DNA of 64,000 nt, from NCBI GenBank assembly GCA_963666205.1, contig OY762654.1:2688001-2752000 (forward strand), in the 5' to 3' direction. The DNA comes from Synergistales bacterium (GTDB lineage Bacteria > Synergistota > Synergistia > Synergistales > JAFGMB01). Position 1 is the stretch's first letter; each line of letters starts with the position of its first letter. A program made the position numbers and the translations under genes. Shown in pieces: positions 41,141 to 51,108 of this stretch. The notes beneath the pieces are model-generated. The model ran no database searches and was not told the DNA's origin. It worked only from the letters and a program-made list of their open reading frames with translations.

Positions 41141-41435
41141 CACTAATAGTTTTTTTAGGGTTAGGAAATGTTAGATGCGGACTTATCTCACTTGTTTTTG
41201 GTGGAAGTATCCGAATATGAAAAGCGCAGTAAAAGGTTTGCTGCTTATAAATCAAACCATGTAAGAAAGTGCCAAACCAGGAGTATGTCTGAGGTCAGGG
41301 TGAAAACACTCTCGCAGGAAACAACGATGTTATTGAAATCACATGATAGAAATGGTAAGGAAGAAGCCATTGCAAAATTCCTCTCTCTTTTAAGCATTGC
41401 ACTTATAAATTCTTCATCATGGAGCTATTCACCTG

Positions 41436-41467
41436 AAAGAGACCGGCCAGAATGGCCGGTCTCTTTT
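41436..41467. terminator. Intrinsic terminator downstream of the glutamate synthase-like gene
   Basis: aaagagaccggcca-gaa-tggccggtctcttt. Confidence 0.8.
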
Positions 41468-41478
41468 AATAAATTTAT

Positions 41479-42984
41479 TTAACCCATAAGATCGCTTGCA
41501 TAGTAAGTAAGGGGGATCAAATCGCTCCTGTCCAGATATTTCAGGTCAAACTTCCGGTTTAGAGCCGCAAAATGTTTCAGTCCACATCCCAATTTGTTGA
41601 GATAGGAGAAAACTCCTATTGCTCCTGTAGAAAAGTTATCAGCTTCTTTTCCATATATCCCCCTGAGATCGGCCAGATCACAAAAAACCTCATCTATCGT
41701 ACTGCCAAATTTCTTAAACAGTTCAGGCGTTCTACCTGCCTTGATCTCATCTCCAACTGTCTTTCCTGTCATGGCAGCTGCCATTGAGGCACGACAGACA
41801 CCTATAGCCTGAATAAATCCATCTCCGTATGCAAGGGACTTGAATACCTGATCTTCACTGGCAAAACCACCGGTCATAACCATTGCAGGGAGGATCTTTC
41901 CCTGTTGTTGCAGTTTTGCACATATATCTACTACAGCTTCTTCAAGCAAAATTGTCGGGAGAGACCATTCGTTCATCATCTTTGAGGGGCTATAGCCTGA
42001 ACCGCCACCTGCGCCATCAAACGTTATCATATCGACTCTGCTTTCTATCGCCATATTGATTACACGTTCCACATCGTAGAGATCAAAACCAGCCATCTTG
42101 AAATAGACGTTTTTCATACCCATGCCACGTAGTTCAGAAATTCGTTTTGCCATGGACTCTTCCGTCCACAGTGGCAATCTTCCGTAAGTGTAAAAATTGG
42201 GACAGCATCCCTTTTTCTTAAGTTCTATTATTTCAGGATCAAATGGATTGGGGTGTACAAGAGCTCCGCTCTCAACTTTTTTCACGGCCTCATCATAGTC
42301 CCTAAGCCTGTTCATCGGCTGGGTCCCCTTGGCACCCTGGCCGAACTTGAATTCCAGGGCCTCAAATCCATATTTATTCAGGGCTATCTCGGGAACGCCC
42401 ATAAGATGGTCATCCACGTTGCACTGAAGCACCATCTGCCCTGGTCCCCGGTGATATTTATAGAAACTGTCATATATTTCCTGAAGCATTGGGAATGACG
42501 TAATTTTACCGTTCTCTATTTTCAGTTCAGCATCTTTGTTCCTTGCATCTTCCCCTACCATACAGGTAACTCCTGCCATAGCAGCCCCACCAAAATAATC
42601 AAGCCAGTTCATTTTCACCAAAGCAGGTAACACAATAGGAAGATCCAGCTTGATTTTATTATCGCTGCCATATTCAGAAGCCAGATTAACGTTGAATATC
42701 TCGGCATGTTCATAATCAGCCTCTGTACCCATGGCACCAAAAGCACGACCGTTTATGTTGAAATGGGAGAAATCAACCGGATAATCCTTTTCCGACGCGA
42801 TCTGGTTAGCACCTGTAGTTGTTGGATAGACTGTCATCTTTCCCAGAACTGCCGCCTGGGTGATTTCACAAAGTCCTGGACATTCCTGCGTACACAAAGA
42901 GCACATTCCTGACTGAGGAGCAATATACTTGCTTCTGTTTTTTGATCCTGTAAAACCTGAATTCATATCTGGTGAAAATGTCAT
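41479..42984 (-). CDS. FMN-binding glutamate synthase family protein (stand-alone)
   Basis: EFKFGQGAK, DGAGGGSG motifs; N-terminal CxxCxxxCxxxC; ATG after AGGAGG. Confidence 0.85.
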   Translation of the reverse strand: MTFSPDMNSGFTGSKNRSKYIAPQSGMCSLCTQECPGLCEITQAAVLGKMTVYPTTTGANQIASEKDYPVDFSHFNINGRAFGAMGTEADYEHAEIFNVNLASEYGSDNKIKLDLPIVLPALVKMNWLDYFGGAAMAGVTCMVGEDARNKDAELKIENGKITSFPMLQEIYDSFYKYHRGPGQMVLQCNVDDHLMGVPEIALNKYGFEALEFKFGQGAKGTQPMNRLRDYDEAVKKVESGALVHPNPFDPEIIELKKKGCCPNFYTYGRLPLWTEESMAKRISELRGMGMKNVYFKMAGFDLYDVERVINMAIESRVDMITFDGAGGGSGYSPSKMMNEWSLPTILLEEAVVDICAKLQQQGKILPAMVMTGGFASEDQVFKSLAYGDGFIQAIGVCRASMAAAMTGKTVGDEIKAGRTPELFKKFGSTIDEVFCDLADLRGIYGKEADNFSTGAIGVFSYLNKLGCGLKHFAALNRKFDLKYLDRSDLIPLTYYASDLMG

Positions 42985-43519
42985 AGAAAAACCTCCTCTT
43001 AAAGATGTTGTCTTCACTGCCATATGTCCTTTGACTTTGGCTAAAGTCATTTTATCACTTGACTTGTATTTCGTGACACACAGGGCACCCATGAGTTGAA
43101 CTGCTTCCGGGAAATAACTTCCTGAGAAGCTGAATCAACAGGCAAAGGAATATGAAGTAATACTTCAGCTTGGATTAAGAGAAACACCAGGTCGAGTATA
43201 AGAAAGCAAGGTCCATTTCCGGGCTTGGCTTGTTTCATACGAGGAAAGGAGTTCTACCATGCCAGTCGTCATAAGTGTTAGAATCAGAAAGGCACCTACC
43301 TGTCTTTTCCGTAAGTGTTATATCTATTATTTTCGTATTGCCATACCTCTAAATATTCGCAAGGTTTTTGAACGTACTGAAATGAACTGTTCACTGCAGG
43401 CAGAGGATTTATTACAGCTTTTTTGAGGCTTGCCTATTGGTGGATTTTGACTTGCTGAATGCGAAAAAACTCTTGCCTTTCTTATTGGTTTATCATGAAT
43501 TGAATGAGGTGATGTAGCC

Positions 43520-44380
43520 TTGAAGTTTACCATTACAATTGCTCAGTTAACCAGCATCCTTCTGGATGTTTCATGCAATGCAGCAAAAGCCAAAAAGATT
43601 ATCAGAGACAGTGTCCTGAATTCCGCAAGTGAAATGGTGATATTCCCGGAGATGTTCCTGACCGGATACAGTATAGAGAAAAACTCACTCAGTGAGACTA
43701 AAAGAAAAAAACTTGTGGTTGAAATTGAAGAAAATATGTGTTCTATAAGAAAAATGTCCCGGGAACTTTCTGTTGACATCATAATCAGTTATCCCACCTT
43801 TGATGGCGAGCAACTCCATCGTATGTATATTGCTTGCGAATATGTTTCCAATGGACATTCCGTGGCTGTTCATCGCAAAACCCATCTTTGTAACTATGGA
43901 GGATACACTGAACATTTGAATTTTGAGCAGGGTGATAAAATTACTGTGGCCGATGGGAAGAACGCAAAAATTGGATTGCTGGTCTGTGAGGATTCCTGGC
44001 ACATTGAAAACGCACTGGTATCTGCTCAAATGGGTGCCGAGATTCTGGTCAATCCATCAGCAGCCTGTGTAAATGATCCCAATACTGCTTTAGAGTGCAT
44101 GAAGAACTGGCATATAATAAGCCAAGGTCAGGCTATGTCCCAGACGTGCTGGTTCGTTTGTTGCAACAAGGCAGGGATGGAAGGTCAAATGTTCTGTGCA
44201 GGAGGCTCTTACGTTATTGATCCAAGAGGAGAGATTGTTTGCATGTTGCCCCCCATGAAAGAATGTGTTCTTCATTGTGATATAGATATGGAATATCTAT
44301 ATGATGTAAGAAAAAAGCGCCCCCTTCTGGAAAACTCTCGAAATGCTTTAACCTGCGGATATCTTGAGAAGCTCAGATAA
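43520..44380 (+). CDS. Carbon-nitrogen hydrolase (nitrilase superfamily)
   Basis: Catalytic triad motifs FPE, HRKTHL, LVCED. Confidence 0.88.
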   Translation: MKFTITIAQLTSILLDVSCNAAKAKKIIRDSVLNSASEMVIFPEMFLTGYSIEKNSLSETKRKKLVVEIEENMCSIRKMSRELSVDIIISYPTFDGEQLHRMYIACEYVSNGHSVAVHRKTHLCNYGGYTEHLNFEQGDKITVADGKNAKIGLLVCEDSWHIENALVSAQMGAEILVNPSAACVNDPNTALECMKNWHIISQGQAMSQTCWFVCCNKAGMEGQMFCAGGSYVIDPRGEIVCMLPPMKECVLHCDIDMEYLYDVRKKRPLLENSRNALTCGYLEKLR

Positions 44381-44576
44381 AATATAATATCCTGTTTATA
44401 GCAAAGAAATGTAAAGGGAGAATTCTTGCAAACTTGGGGGATGTATCTGATCATAGTACAAAAGAACAGTCAAAAAATCCTTCTATAGGGTTTTTTTATT
44501 GTATTTAAGCTTGTCTGCATCCGAATATCTTCCCTGGTAAAGAGAGTGAAATGAATGGACGAATTGGGAAGGATAA

Positions 44577-44897
44577 CTAAAAGTGGATGGCGAATGAAAA
44601 GATCCATAACAGGATCATTCCCGAAACAATTGTTACAAAAATATTCCTGCTTTTGAGGGCCACAAGAAAGGCTATCGTCCCGGCAAGTATTCTTGGAAAA
44701 GAGACGGCTATCCCGGCTGAGCCTTTTGAATATACAAGTGAAGGCACAACCAGTGCAGCTAGAGCTGCAGGAGGTATATACCTGAGAATATTCTCGAAAA
44801 AGGGGGTCACTTTCCGGAGAGGAATAAAGCACAGAAAAAGACCTTTCACAACCAGAGAAGAAATAGCAATAGTCGCGAAGAGCAGATAATAGTACAT
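44577..44897 (-). CDS. azlD: AzlD family branched-chain amino acid export subunit
   Basis: LRYIPPAALAALVVP motif; overlaps azlC stop. Confidence 0.85.
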   Translation of the reverse strand: MYYYLLFATIAISSLVVKGLFLCFIPLRKVTPFFENILRYIPPAALAALVVPSLVYSKGSAGIAVSFPRILAGTIAFLVALKSRNIFVTIVSGMILLWIFSFAIHF

Positions 44898-45604
44898 CAG
44901 ATATTTCTCTTTCTGGTTTCCTGAAAAGTTCGATAAGCCATTCCAGATCCTATTCCTATGAAAATGGATATCAATAGTCCTGACTGAAGAGGGAATCTGG
45001 GTACAAGGATAACGGCAGCAACGGCTCCGACAAGAGCGGATATCTGCCTGTCTCTTCCTTTCAGGTGAGGTATCAGGAGAGACATGAATACCAGAGGAAT
45101 GGCAAAGTCCAGCGAGAGTCTTTCGGGAATGATCGTTCCAAGGTTATATCCAAGGAATATTCCTGCCTGCCATGAGGAATATAGAACTAATGAAGCTCCC
45201 AGGAAGAACCAGGGAAGGAATCTGTTCCCTGGATTACTTTCTCTTTCTGACATTGTAAAAGCATAGGATTGATCGGACATTATGAAAGCAGCAAAAAGAC
45301 GTTCTACAAAGGATCTGTGTTTTAGAATTTGCTGAAGAGAAAGACTGTAAATTGCGTATCTCAGGTTTATTACAAGTGCCGTTGCAATTATGATAAAAGC
45401 CGGTGTGTGGGCAGTATATAATTGGACTGCTGCTAGTTGTGATGCCCCTGCTAGAAGTGAAAGAGCAAAAAAAGAACTCTGAATTCCCGTAAGTCCAGCA
45501 TTTTTCATGGCATACCCGAAAACAATAGAAAAGGGCATGATTCCTATAAGAATGGGTGTTATGGCTCGACCTCCGCGAAGAAATTCCTTTCTGGAATTCG
45601 TCAT
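44897..45604 (-). CDS. azlC: AzlC family branched-chain amino acid export permease
   Basis: AGASQL, INLRY, SDQSYA, LDFAIP motifs. Confidence 0.9.
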   Translation of the reverse strand: MTNSRKEFLRGGRAITPILIGIMPFSIVFGYAMKNAGLTGIQSSFFALSLLAGASQLAAVQLYTAHTPAFIIIATALVINLRYAIYSLSLQQILKHRSFVERLFAAFIMSDQSYAFTMSERESNPGNRFLPWFFLGASLVLYSSWQAGIFLGYNLGTIIPERLSLDFAIPLVFMSLLIPHLKGRDRQISALVGAVAAVILVPRFPLQSGLLISIFIGIGSGMAYRTFQETRKRNI

Positions 45605-45918
45605 TATTCCCTCCCCACTTTGGATTACAAGTATCAGGAAGCGGATCTACCTTAATATAAATGAATTCCCCCCCTCAAGGATGATATGAGGTGGTTGAAC
45701 TGTTTTTGCATCCTTTCTCTAGACAGAGAAAATAAAAGATTTACCTGTGGGAAATCTTTGTCTGGTCTTTTTGAATTCTAACTTCTCCTTTATATATCGC
45801 TAGACGTTGGTTGTCCAGGATTTACTCCCTGTTAACGTCAGATTGCAATTATCCTACGAATGAAAACTTCCACTGTTCTCCCTGGAATACGGGATTAACT
45901 ATTATGAATAAATCTTTC

Positions 45919-45946
45919 TTGACATTTCACCAATACTGACTATAAT
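45919..45946 (+). promoter_or_regulatory. Consensus sigma70 promoter
   Basis: TTGACA-16-TATAAT. Confidence 0.65.
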
Positions 45947-46199
45947 ACTTTTATCCCAGAATTCGGTATTTAAAACTTGAATATATAGTGAGATCGAGTT
46001 GCAAGAGAAGCTGGTATAAATTCTGAATGTATTGGGAATAACTGTGATGTAATTACAATGCTTCATGGTATATGGACAGGTTAATTACCTCGATCAGAAT
46101 TTACAAGGAGTTATGGGGACAGAGCACTTTTTGTTTAATATTCCCCTTGAATAACTTTAAATTGTTTCGAAAGCTGAAAATAGAAAGGAAGGGAAAGCC

Positions 46200-46418
46200 A
46201 TGAGCAGGGCTTTTGTCCAAGAAGACGACAGCCGCCTTGCCCTTCTCGATGAAGAGAAGGCTCTTAAGGAAAGGATGGAGAGATTGGCATTACTGGAAAA
46301 AAGAAAGCGTTATCTTGAAACTGATCCCAAAGCTCTTGAGATCGAACATGAGAAACGTTTGACATTTCTTGCCAGTATTGAAAGGGATATAAGCCATCTC
46401 AGACAATTAATATCCTGA
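46200..46418 (+). CDS. Small coiled-coil protein (MSRAFVxEDD N-terminus)
   Basis: Purine-rich RBS, 72-aa charged helical ORF, terminator downstream. Confidence 0.72.
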   Translation: MSRAFVQEDDSRLALLDEEKALKERMERLALLEKRKRYLETDPKALEIEHEKRLTFLASIERDISHLRQLIS

Positions 46419-46467
46419 ATTCGATCAATTGCGGATATTAATCTATTCTTAATAGTGTTTTTTCATT

Positions 46468-46503
46468 GGAAAGGGCTTACAGGTTTATCTGTTAGCCCTT
46501 TCC
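46468..46503 (+). terminator. Hairpin terminator
   Basis: ggaaagggct..acag / ctgt..agccctttcc. Confidence 0.6.
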
Positions 46504-46682
46504 TGCTTTACTGGAAATGCAAATTCTGTCATGAATTTATAATATTCCTGTCTTTTTTTTCAGATGGAGGGAACTGAAGGGAAAAGAAGTGGTATTATAA
46601 TTAAGATAAGGTGGAATGCATCCTACAGTGTGTTTTTTGTACTGTTTTTTTGCAGGCATCCCAATTTTTAAAAGAAGGGGAA

Positions 46683-47075
46683 ATGGATATGGAAGATATT
46701 GCTATCAAACAGAACATCTCTAACGGGGCTTACAATTGCTGCAGGTATTTAGTTAATCCTTACAGTCTTCTTAATATGGAACTTACAAATAAAAAGATAC
46801 ATCCCTTGAGATGGCTTATTGGCTTTCTGCTGGTTTCCCAGTTTGTGGTGGCTTTTGCCTATATTGACAGCTCATATTATTTTGTCAGCGTCTTCAAATT
46901 TTTCCTTCTTGCTGTTGTATGGATCTTGGGAACTTCGATCATTGAAAGTGGAATAATAAGCAGATTTAACACAGAGAAAGAGTTATGTTACCTTAACAGG
47001 GCAAAGATGATCCTGATGAGCGTTACACTCTGGTCAGTATCGCTCTTCCTTTACATAACCATGTTCCTGGTCTGA
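46683..47075 (+). CDS. Hypothetical membrane protein
   Basis: GAAGGGG RBS; about 3 TM segments. Confidence 0.6.
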   Translation: MDMEDIAIKQNISNGAYNCCRYLVNPYSLLNMELTNKKIHPLRWLIGFLLVSQFVVAFAYIDSSYYFVSVFKFFLLAVVWILGTSIIESGIISRFNTEKELCYLNRAKMILMSVTLWSVSLFLYITMFLV

Positions 47076-47108
47076 TATTTCGGGTTGTTTTAAATCGATA
47101 CGATATAT

Positions 47109-47144
47109 AAGAAGTCCCGGCCCTTTTGAGAGCCGGGACTTCTT
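47109..47144. terminator. Bidirectional terminator
   Basis: aagaagtcccggc...gccgggacttctt between convergent genes. Confidence 0.8.
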
Positions 47145-48067
47145 TATTTCTGTTTCAGGATAGCAGTTGAAGAATTACCTTTTGATAGTAGAGTGATGTT
47201 TTTCAGATAGGGCATTAATTCTGTGATCAATACGGCGATCAGGATCAGGGCAAAGCCAGCTGTTATTCTTATTGTGAAAGGATCTCCCAGTAAGATAATT
47301 CCGAAAATTGCTCCAAGAACAGATTCCATGCTCAAAATTATCGCAGTATGGGTCGAAGGTGTAAACTTTTGTGCAGTTGTCTGTATAACAAAGGCAAGAA
47401 CTGTACAAAAAACAGAAGAAAAACCTATACTCCATAATGACGAAGATGAAATCTGTGAAGGCCAGGTTTCAATTGTCATAGCTGCTAACAGGCTGCATAA
47501 CGCAACCATGCCTATCTGAACTGCAGCGATTAAAACAGGATCCATATCTTTTACATAGTGTTCTATCAGAAGAAGATGAATAGCAAAAAAAACGGCGCAT
47601 GTCATAGTAAGAGCTTCACCTGTACCTAAGGAAAAACCCGAGTCCAGCGTTAAAAGAGCCATTCCGGCAAGGCAGAACAGAGATGCAATAAACGCGGTTA
47701 TTCCTGGATATCTTTTCAAAAATATCCAGGATATAAAGGGAACCAGGATAACATAGATCGTGGTTAAAAAAGCGACTTTGCCAACAGTCGTGTATTTCAA
47801 GGCCACCGTCTGCGTGATAAAACCCATAAAAAGAAATATTCCGATGATGGTTCCTGCTTTAATTTCCCTGTATTTTATGTCAATGATCTTATTCCAGAAC
47901 AGGGCCAGCATAATAGCAAATGCCGATCCGAAACGAACAGCAGTTAGCCAGAAAATGGGAAAAGAATAAAGTGCATCTTTGGAGGCTATAAAACCAAGTC
48001 CCCAGAATAAGGCTACCATAAGCAGTGCACTGTCAGCGATAAGAACCCTTCGGTGGGATCGATTCAT
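47144..48067 (-). CDS. DMT/EamA family transporter
   Basis: FWG, RF, QT..L.YTT and second-repeat QT.AQ...ESV motifs; about 10 TM. Confidence 0.88.
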   Translation of the reverse strand: MNRSHRRVLIADSALLMVALFWGLGFIASKDALYSFPIFWLTAVRFGSAFAIMLALFWNKIIDIKYREIKAGTIIGIFLFMGFITQTVALKYTTVGKVAFLTTIYVILVPFISWIFLKRYPGITAFIASLFCLAGMALLTLDSGFSLGTGEALTMTCAVFFAIHLLLIEHYVKDMDPVLIAAVQIGMVALCSLLAAMTIETWPSQISSSSLWSIGFSSVFCTVLAFVIQTTAQKFTPSTHTAIILSMESVLGAIFGIILLGDPFTIRITAGFALILIAVLITELMPYLKNITLLSKGNSSTAILKQK

Positions 48068-48352
48068 GGAAAGACCCTTCCTGTCAATAAGATAATCAGA
48101 ATCTGAACATCGAAATTCCTGGGCCAATAACCTCAGCTCCAGACAAGTCCGACAAATCTATCATAATTGCAGCCAACTATCCATATCTTCAAGAAAAAAA
48201 TGTAATTAAATGCAGAAATATCGGGACTTCTAACAATGGTTCTGCTAAAATTTCGGAGTGACCTGTGACATTTCGCTTTCCCTTTTTCGTTATTCCATTC
48301 GAAATGTTCTCCTCATTAAAAGTTCTTCCATGTTTTCAGGAGGTCCTCTACC

Positions 48353-48790
48353 ATGGGAAAAGTTCTAGCTATCTGTCTCAGTAAGCAAAGAAATCAACCC
48401 AAAAGACCTGTACTCGAAGCCTTGTTTGTCGAAAAGGCCGGAATAGAAGGAGATTCCCATTCCGGTTTTTCTAAAAGAGAAGTCAGTCTTCTATTAAGCG
48501 AAGATGTGGAAAAAGCTGAATTGGATGCTGGCATCAAATTCCCTCCGGGATCCCTTGCAGAAAATCTCCTTATTCAGGGTCTTCCCCCTGACCACCTTGA
48601 GTTAGGCTCCCTGATCAGTATAGGAGATGTGGTTCTTAAAGTGATCGAAAAGGGGAAGAGTCCTGACGAACCCCATTCCTATGATTACAAGGGCTGGTGT
48701 CTCCTGCCTTATTGCGGGTACTTTCTTGCGGTTCAGAAGGGGGGGGTAATAAGTCCCGGTATGGAGGCTGAAATTCTCCCTTCGATTTAG
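48353..48790 (+). CDS. MOSC domain protein
   Basis: GIEGDSH, REVSLL, PGSLAENL, GGVISPG motifs. Confidence 0.82.
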   Translation: MGKVLAICLSKQRNQPKRPVLEALFVEKAGIEGDSHSGFSKREVSLLLSEDVEKAELDAGIKFPPGSLAENLLIQGLPPDHLELGSLISIGDVVLKVIEKGKSPDEPHSYDYKGWCLLPYCGYFLAVQKGGVISPGMEAEILPSI

Positions 48791-48969
48791 AAACAGAATC
48801 AAATGGACTGAAAGGTTGCAACAGTATATCAAAATATCTCTTTCATAATTTCATTGTTACTCTTTTAACTTTTTTTACAAACCACGAAATCAGTGTGTAT
48901 AATGTATTCTAAATGTGTGTTCAGTTCCTTCTCCACAGGGAGTTAATATTATGATGGGAGGTGCATTGT

Positions 48970-49461
48970 GTGGTCATTTTTTTCCTCTCCTTGATCCTTT
49001 ACCTTCTTTTAGTCTGGTCGGGCGGAGGTGGCATCAGTTCTGTAGAGATTGTTATCGGAGCTCTCCTGGGACTAGTGCTTGCTTATGCGGCCCGTACCTG
49101 GACTTCTGGAAAGCGTTTGGGGCTCGAAGGACTTAACCCTATGAGATGGATAGGTTTCATCTATTATCTCTTTGGACCTTTTGCCCTTGGACTGATCAAG
49201 GCTAACCTCGATGTTGCCATGCGTGTTATCACAGGCGATATCAGACCTGGTATTGTCAAGCTTAATCCTGGGTTGAAAAACGGTCTTGCCATGACGATCC
49301 TGGCAGATTCTATTACCCTGACACCTGGTACTATCACGGTTGATGTAGATGAGGAGGATGGTTCCTTCTACATTCACTGGATATATGTCAAGGATGTTTC
49401 TCCCAGCGAAGAAGATGTTTACGGCCCATTTGCCAAGTGGGCAAGGAGGTTGGCGGAATGA
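48970..49461 (+). CDS. mbhA: Mbh subunit A (MrpE/MnhE-like)
   Basis: ANLDVA, PGIV, SITLTPGT, IHW motifs; GTG after GGAGG. Confidence 0.85.
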   Translation: MVIFFLSLILYLLLVWSGGGGISSVEIVIGALLGLVLAYAARTWTSGKRLGLEGLNPMRWIGFIYYLFGPFALGLIKANLDVAMRVITGDIRPGIVKLNPGLKNGLAMTILADSITLTPGTITVDVDEEDGSFYIHWIYVKDVSPSEEDVYGPFAKWARRLAE

Positions 49462-49718
49462 GTATCCAGCTTTTCATCGGGGCAGCGGCCATTCTGGGGA
49501 TTCTTATTTTTGTTATATCCTTCAGGCTGATTGCTGGTCCTACAAAACCTGACAGGGCGGTAGCTCTTGATTCCCTGAATACTCTTGTAGTAGCCGCTAT
49601 GATAATTGTTGGAGTGATAAATGATTCTGTCGTTATGATAGACGTTGCAATAGTTTATGCTGCACTATCATTTGTCGGGACCATTTTTATCGCGCGCTAC
49701 ATAGAGGGAGGGATGTAA
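49458..49718 (+). CDS. mbhB: Mbh subunit B (MrpF-like)
   Basis: GPT..DR.VALD and DVAIVYA motifs. Confidence 0.85.
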   Translation: MSIQLFIGAAAILGILIFVISFRLIAGPTKPDRAVALDSLNTLVVAAMIIVGVINDSVVMIDVAIVYAALSFVGTIFIARYIEGGM

Positions 49719-49722
49719 GACC

Positions 49723-50094
49723 ATGGAAATATTTTTTGTTGCTATCCTGCTTGGAATCGGTCTTGTATTTAATACCCTTGGCGCTTTTTCCCTTTTCAGG
49801 TTTCCTGATGTGTACACCCGTATGCATGGTGCAACAAAATGCACCACCTTCGGTTCTATATTTACATCACTTGCTGTTGTAGCTTTTGCTATTTCAAAAT
49901 ATGTATCCCTGGGCGAAGGCCGATTTCTGGTCCTGATAATTCATACTCTGATAGCGGTATTTGCGCTTCTTATTACCAATGCAACCAGCGCCCATGCGAT
50001 TGCAAGGGCTGCTCATCGCAGCGGAGTTTCACCCAAATTTGCAGTCGTAGACAGACTTGTAGAGAAAGCAAGTAAAGGTGGTGTTAAGGAATGA
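49723..50094 (+). CDS. mbhC: Mbh subunit C (MrpG-like)
   Basis: RFPDVYTRMHGATK and AHAIARAA motifs. Confidence 0.87.
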   Translation: MEIFFVAILLGIGLVFNTLGAFSLFRFPDVYTRMHGATKCTTFGSIFTSLAVVAFAISKYVSLGEGRFLVLIIHTLIAVFALLITNATSAHAIARAAHRSGVSPKFAVVDRLVEKASKGGVKE

Positions 50095-50354
50095 CGGAAT
50101 ATTTACACCTGTTTGTACTGTTGGTACTGATCATTTCCGCCTTTTATGCTATCTGGTTCCGTGACCTTCTTTCGTCTATCCTTGCTCTGGCTGCTTTCAG
50201 TCTAGTCCTTTCCCTGGAGTTCTACATACTTCAGGCACCAGATGTTGCTATAGCTGAAGCAGCTATAGGAGCTGGCCTGAGCACTGCTATCTATCTTATA
50301 GCCTTAAGAGCCTGTGGAAGACTCAAAAAAGGTAACGGGGGTGGCATGCGATGA
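50091..50354 (+). CDS. mbhD: Mbh subunit D (DUF4040/MrpA fragment-like)
   Basis: QAPDVAIAEAAIGAG motif. Confidence 0.85.
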   Translation: MTEYLHLFVLLVLIISAFYAIWFRDLLSSILALAAFSLVLSLEFYILQAPDVAIAEAAIGAGLSTAIYLIALRACGRLKKGNGGGMR

Positions 50355-50620
50355 GAAAAACGATCTTTATAATAGCTGCTCTTGTCTTCGGGGGATTGAT
50401 GCTTGGTGCTCTGGATAGCATACATCCATTCGGAGAGCCCGGAAATGTGCCTATGGATGAATATTTCCTTCACCATGCCCTGGAGGATCGTTCCTCTGAA
50501 AATGTGGTTACATCCATAGTGTTCGATTATCGTGGTTTTGATACCATCGGCGAGGCTGCAGTCCTGTTTACTGCTGTCTGTTCTGTTTTAGCACTCTTCA
50601 GAGAGGGGGCTAAGAAATAA
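50351..50620 (+). CDS. mbhE: Mbh subunit E
   Basis: NVVTSIVFDYRGFDTIGE motif. Confidence 0.87.
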   Translation: MRKTIFIIAALVFGGLMLGALDSIHPFGEPGNVPMDEYFLHHALEDRSSENVVTSIVFDYRGFDTIGEAAVLFTAVCSVLALFREGAKK

Positions 50621-51108
50621 TGAAACCTCTTTCTATTGTTGTTCGAACCTGCTGTGACATGTTTGCATGGTTCATGGTAGTTTTCGGCTCCTACGTGATA
50701 ATACATGGAGATGTTACTCCCGGCGGTGGATTCCAGGGTGGAGCTATAGTTGCTACCTTCATGGCCCTTCTGCTGGTAGCTTACGGAGGAGAGAAGTTAC
50801 TTTCCTGGGTGAAGTTCAGTATCTACAATGGACTTCTGGTAGTTGGCCTGCTTCTTTTCCTTCTCTTTGGATTCTCTGGAATGGCCAATTCTTTCTTTTA
50901 CAATTTTCTTGCTGTGCCAGAAGCGGTTGCTCTTGCTGGCGGAGCGCACGGGATCATCCCTCCTTCAGGAACGATCGCTCTCATGGATATAGCTGTGGGT
51001 ATAGAGGTCACTGGTGGTCTGACCCTGATCCTGCTTTACATGTTCAAGGGGACCCGTATGTTCAACCTTATTGAGATGGGAGGGGAAACAGGCCATGACA
51101 GTAGGTAA
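50620..51108 (+). CDS. mbhF: Mbh subunit F (MrpB-like)
   Basis: HGDVTPGGGFQGG motif. Confidence 0.85.
   Translation: MKPLSIVVRTCCDMFAWFMVVFGSYVIIHGDVTPGGGFQGGAIVATFMALLLVAYGGEKLLSWVKFSIYNGLLVVGLLLFLLFGFSGMANSFFYNFLAVPEAVALAGGAHGIIPPSGTIALMDIAVGIEVTGGLTLILLYMFKGTRMFNLIEMGGETGHDSR

Noticed and set aside
48854-48871. Rex-like operator upstream of mbh (TTGTTAC-TCTT-TTAACTT)
   Set aside because: Three mismatches to the TTGTTAA-N4-TTAACAA pattern in an AT-rich region
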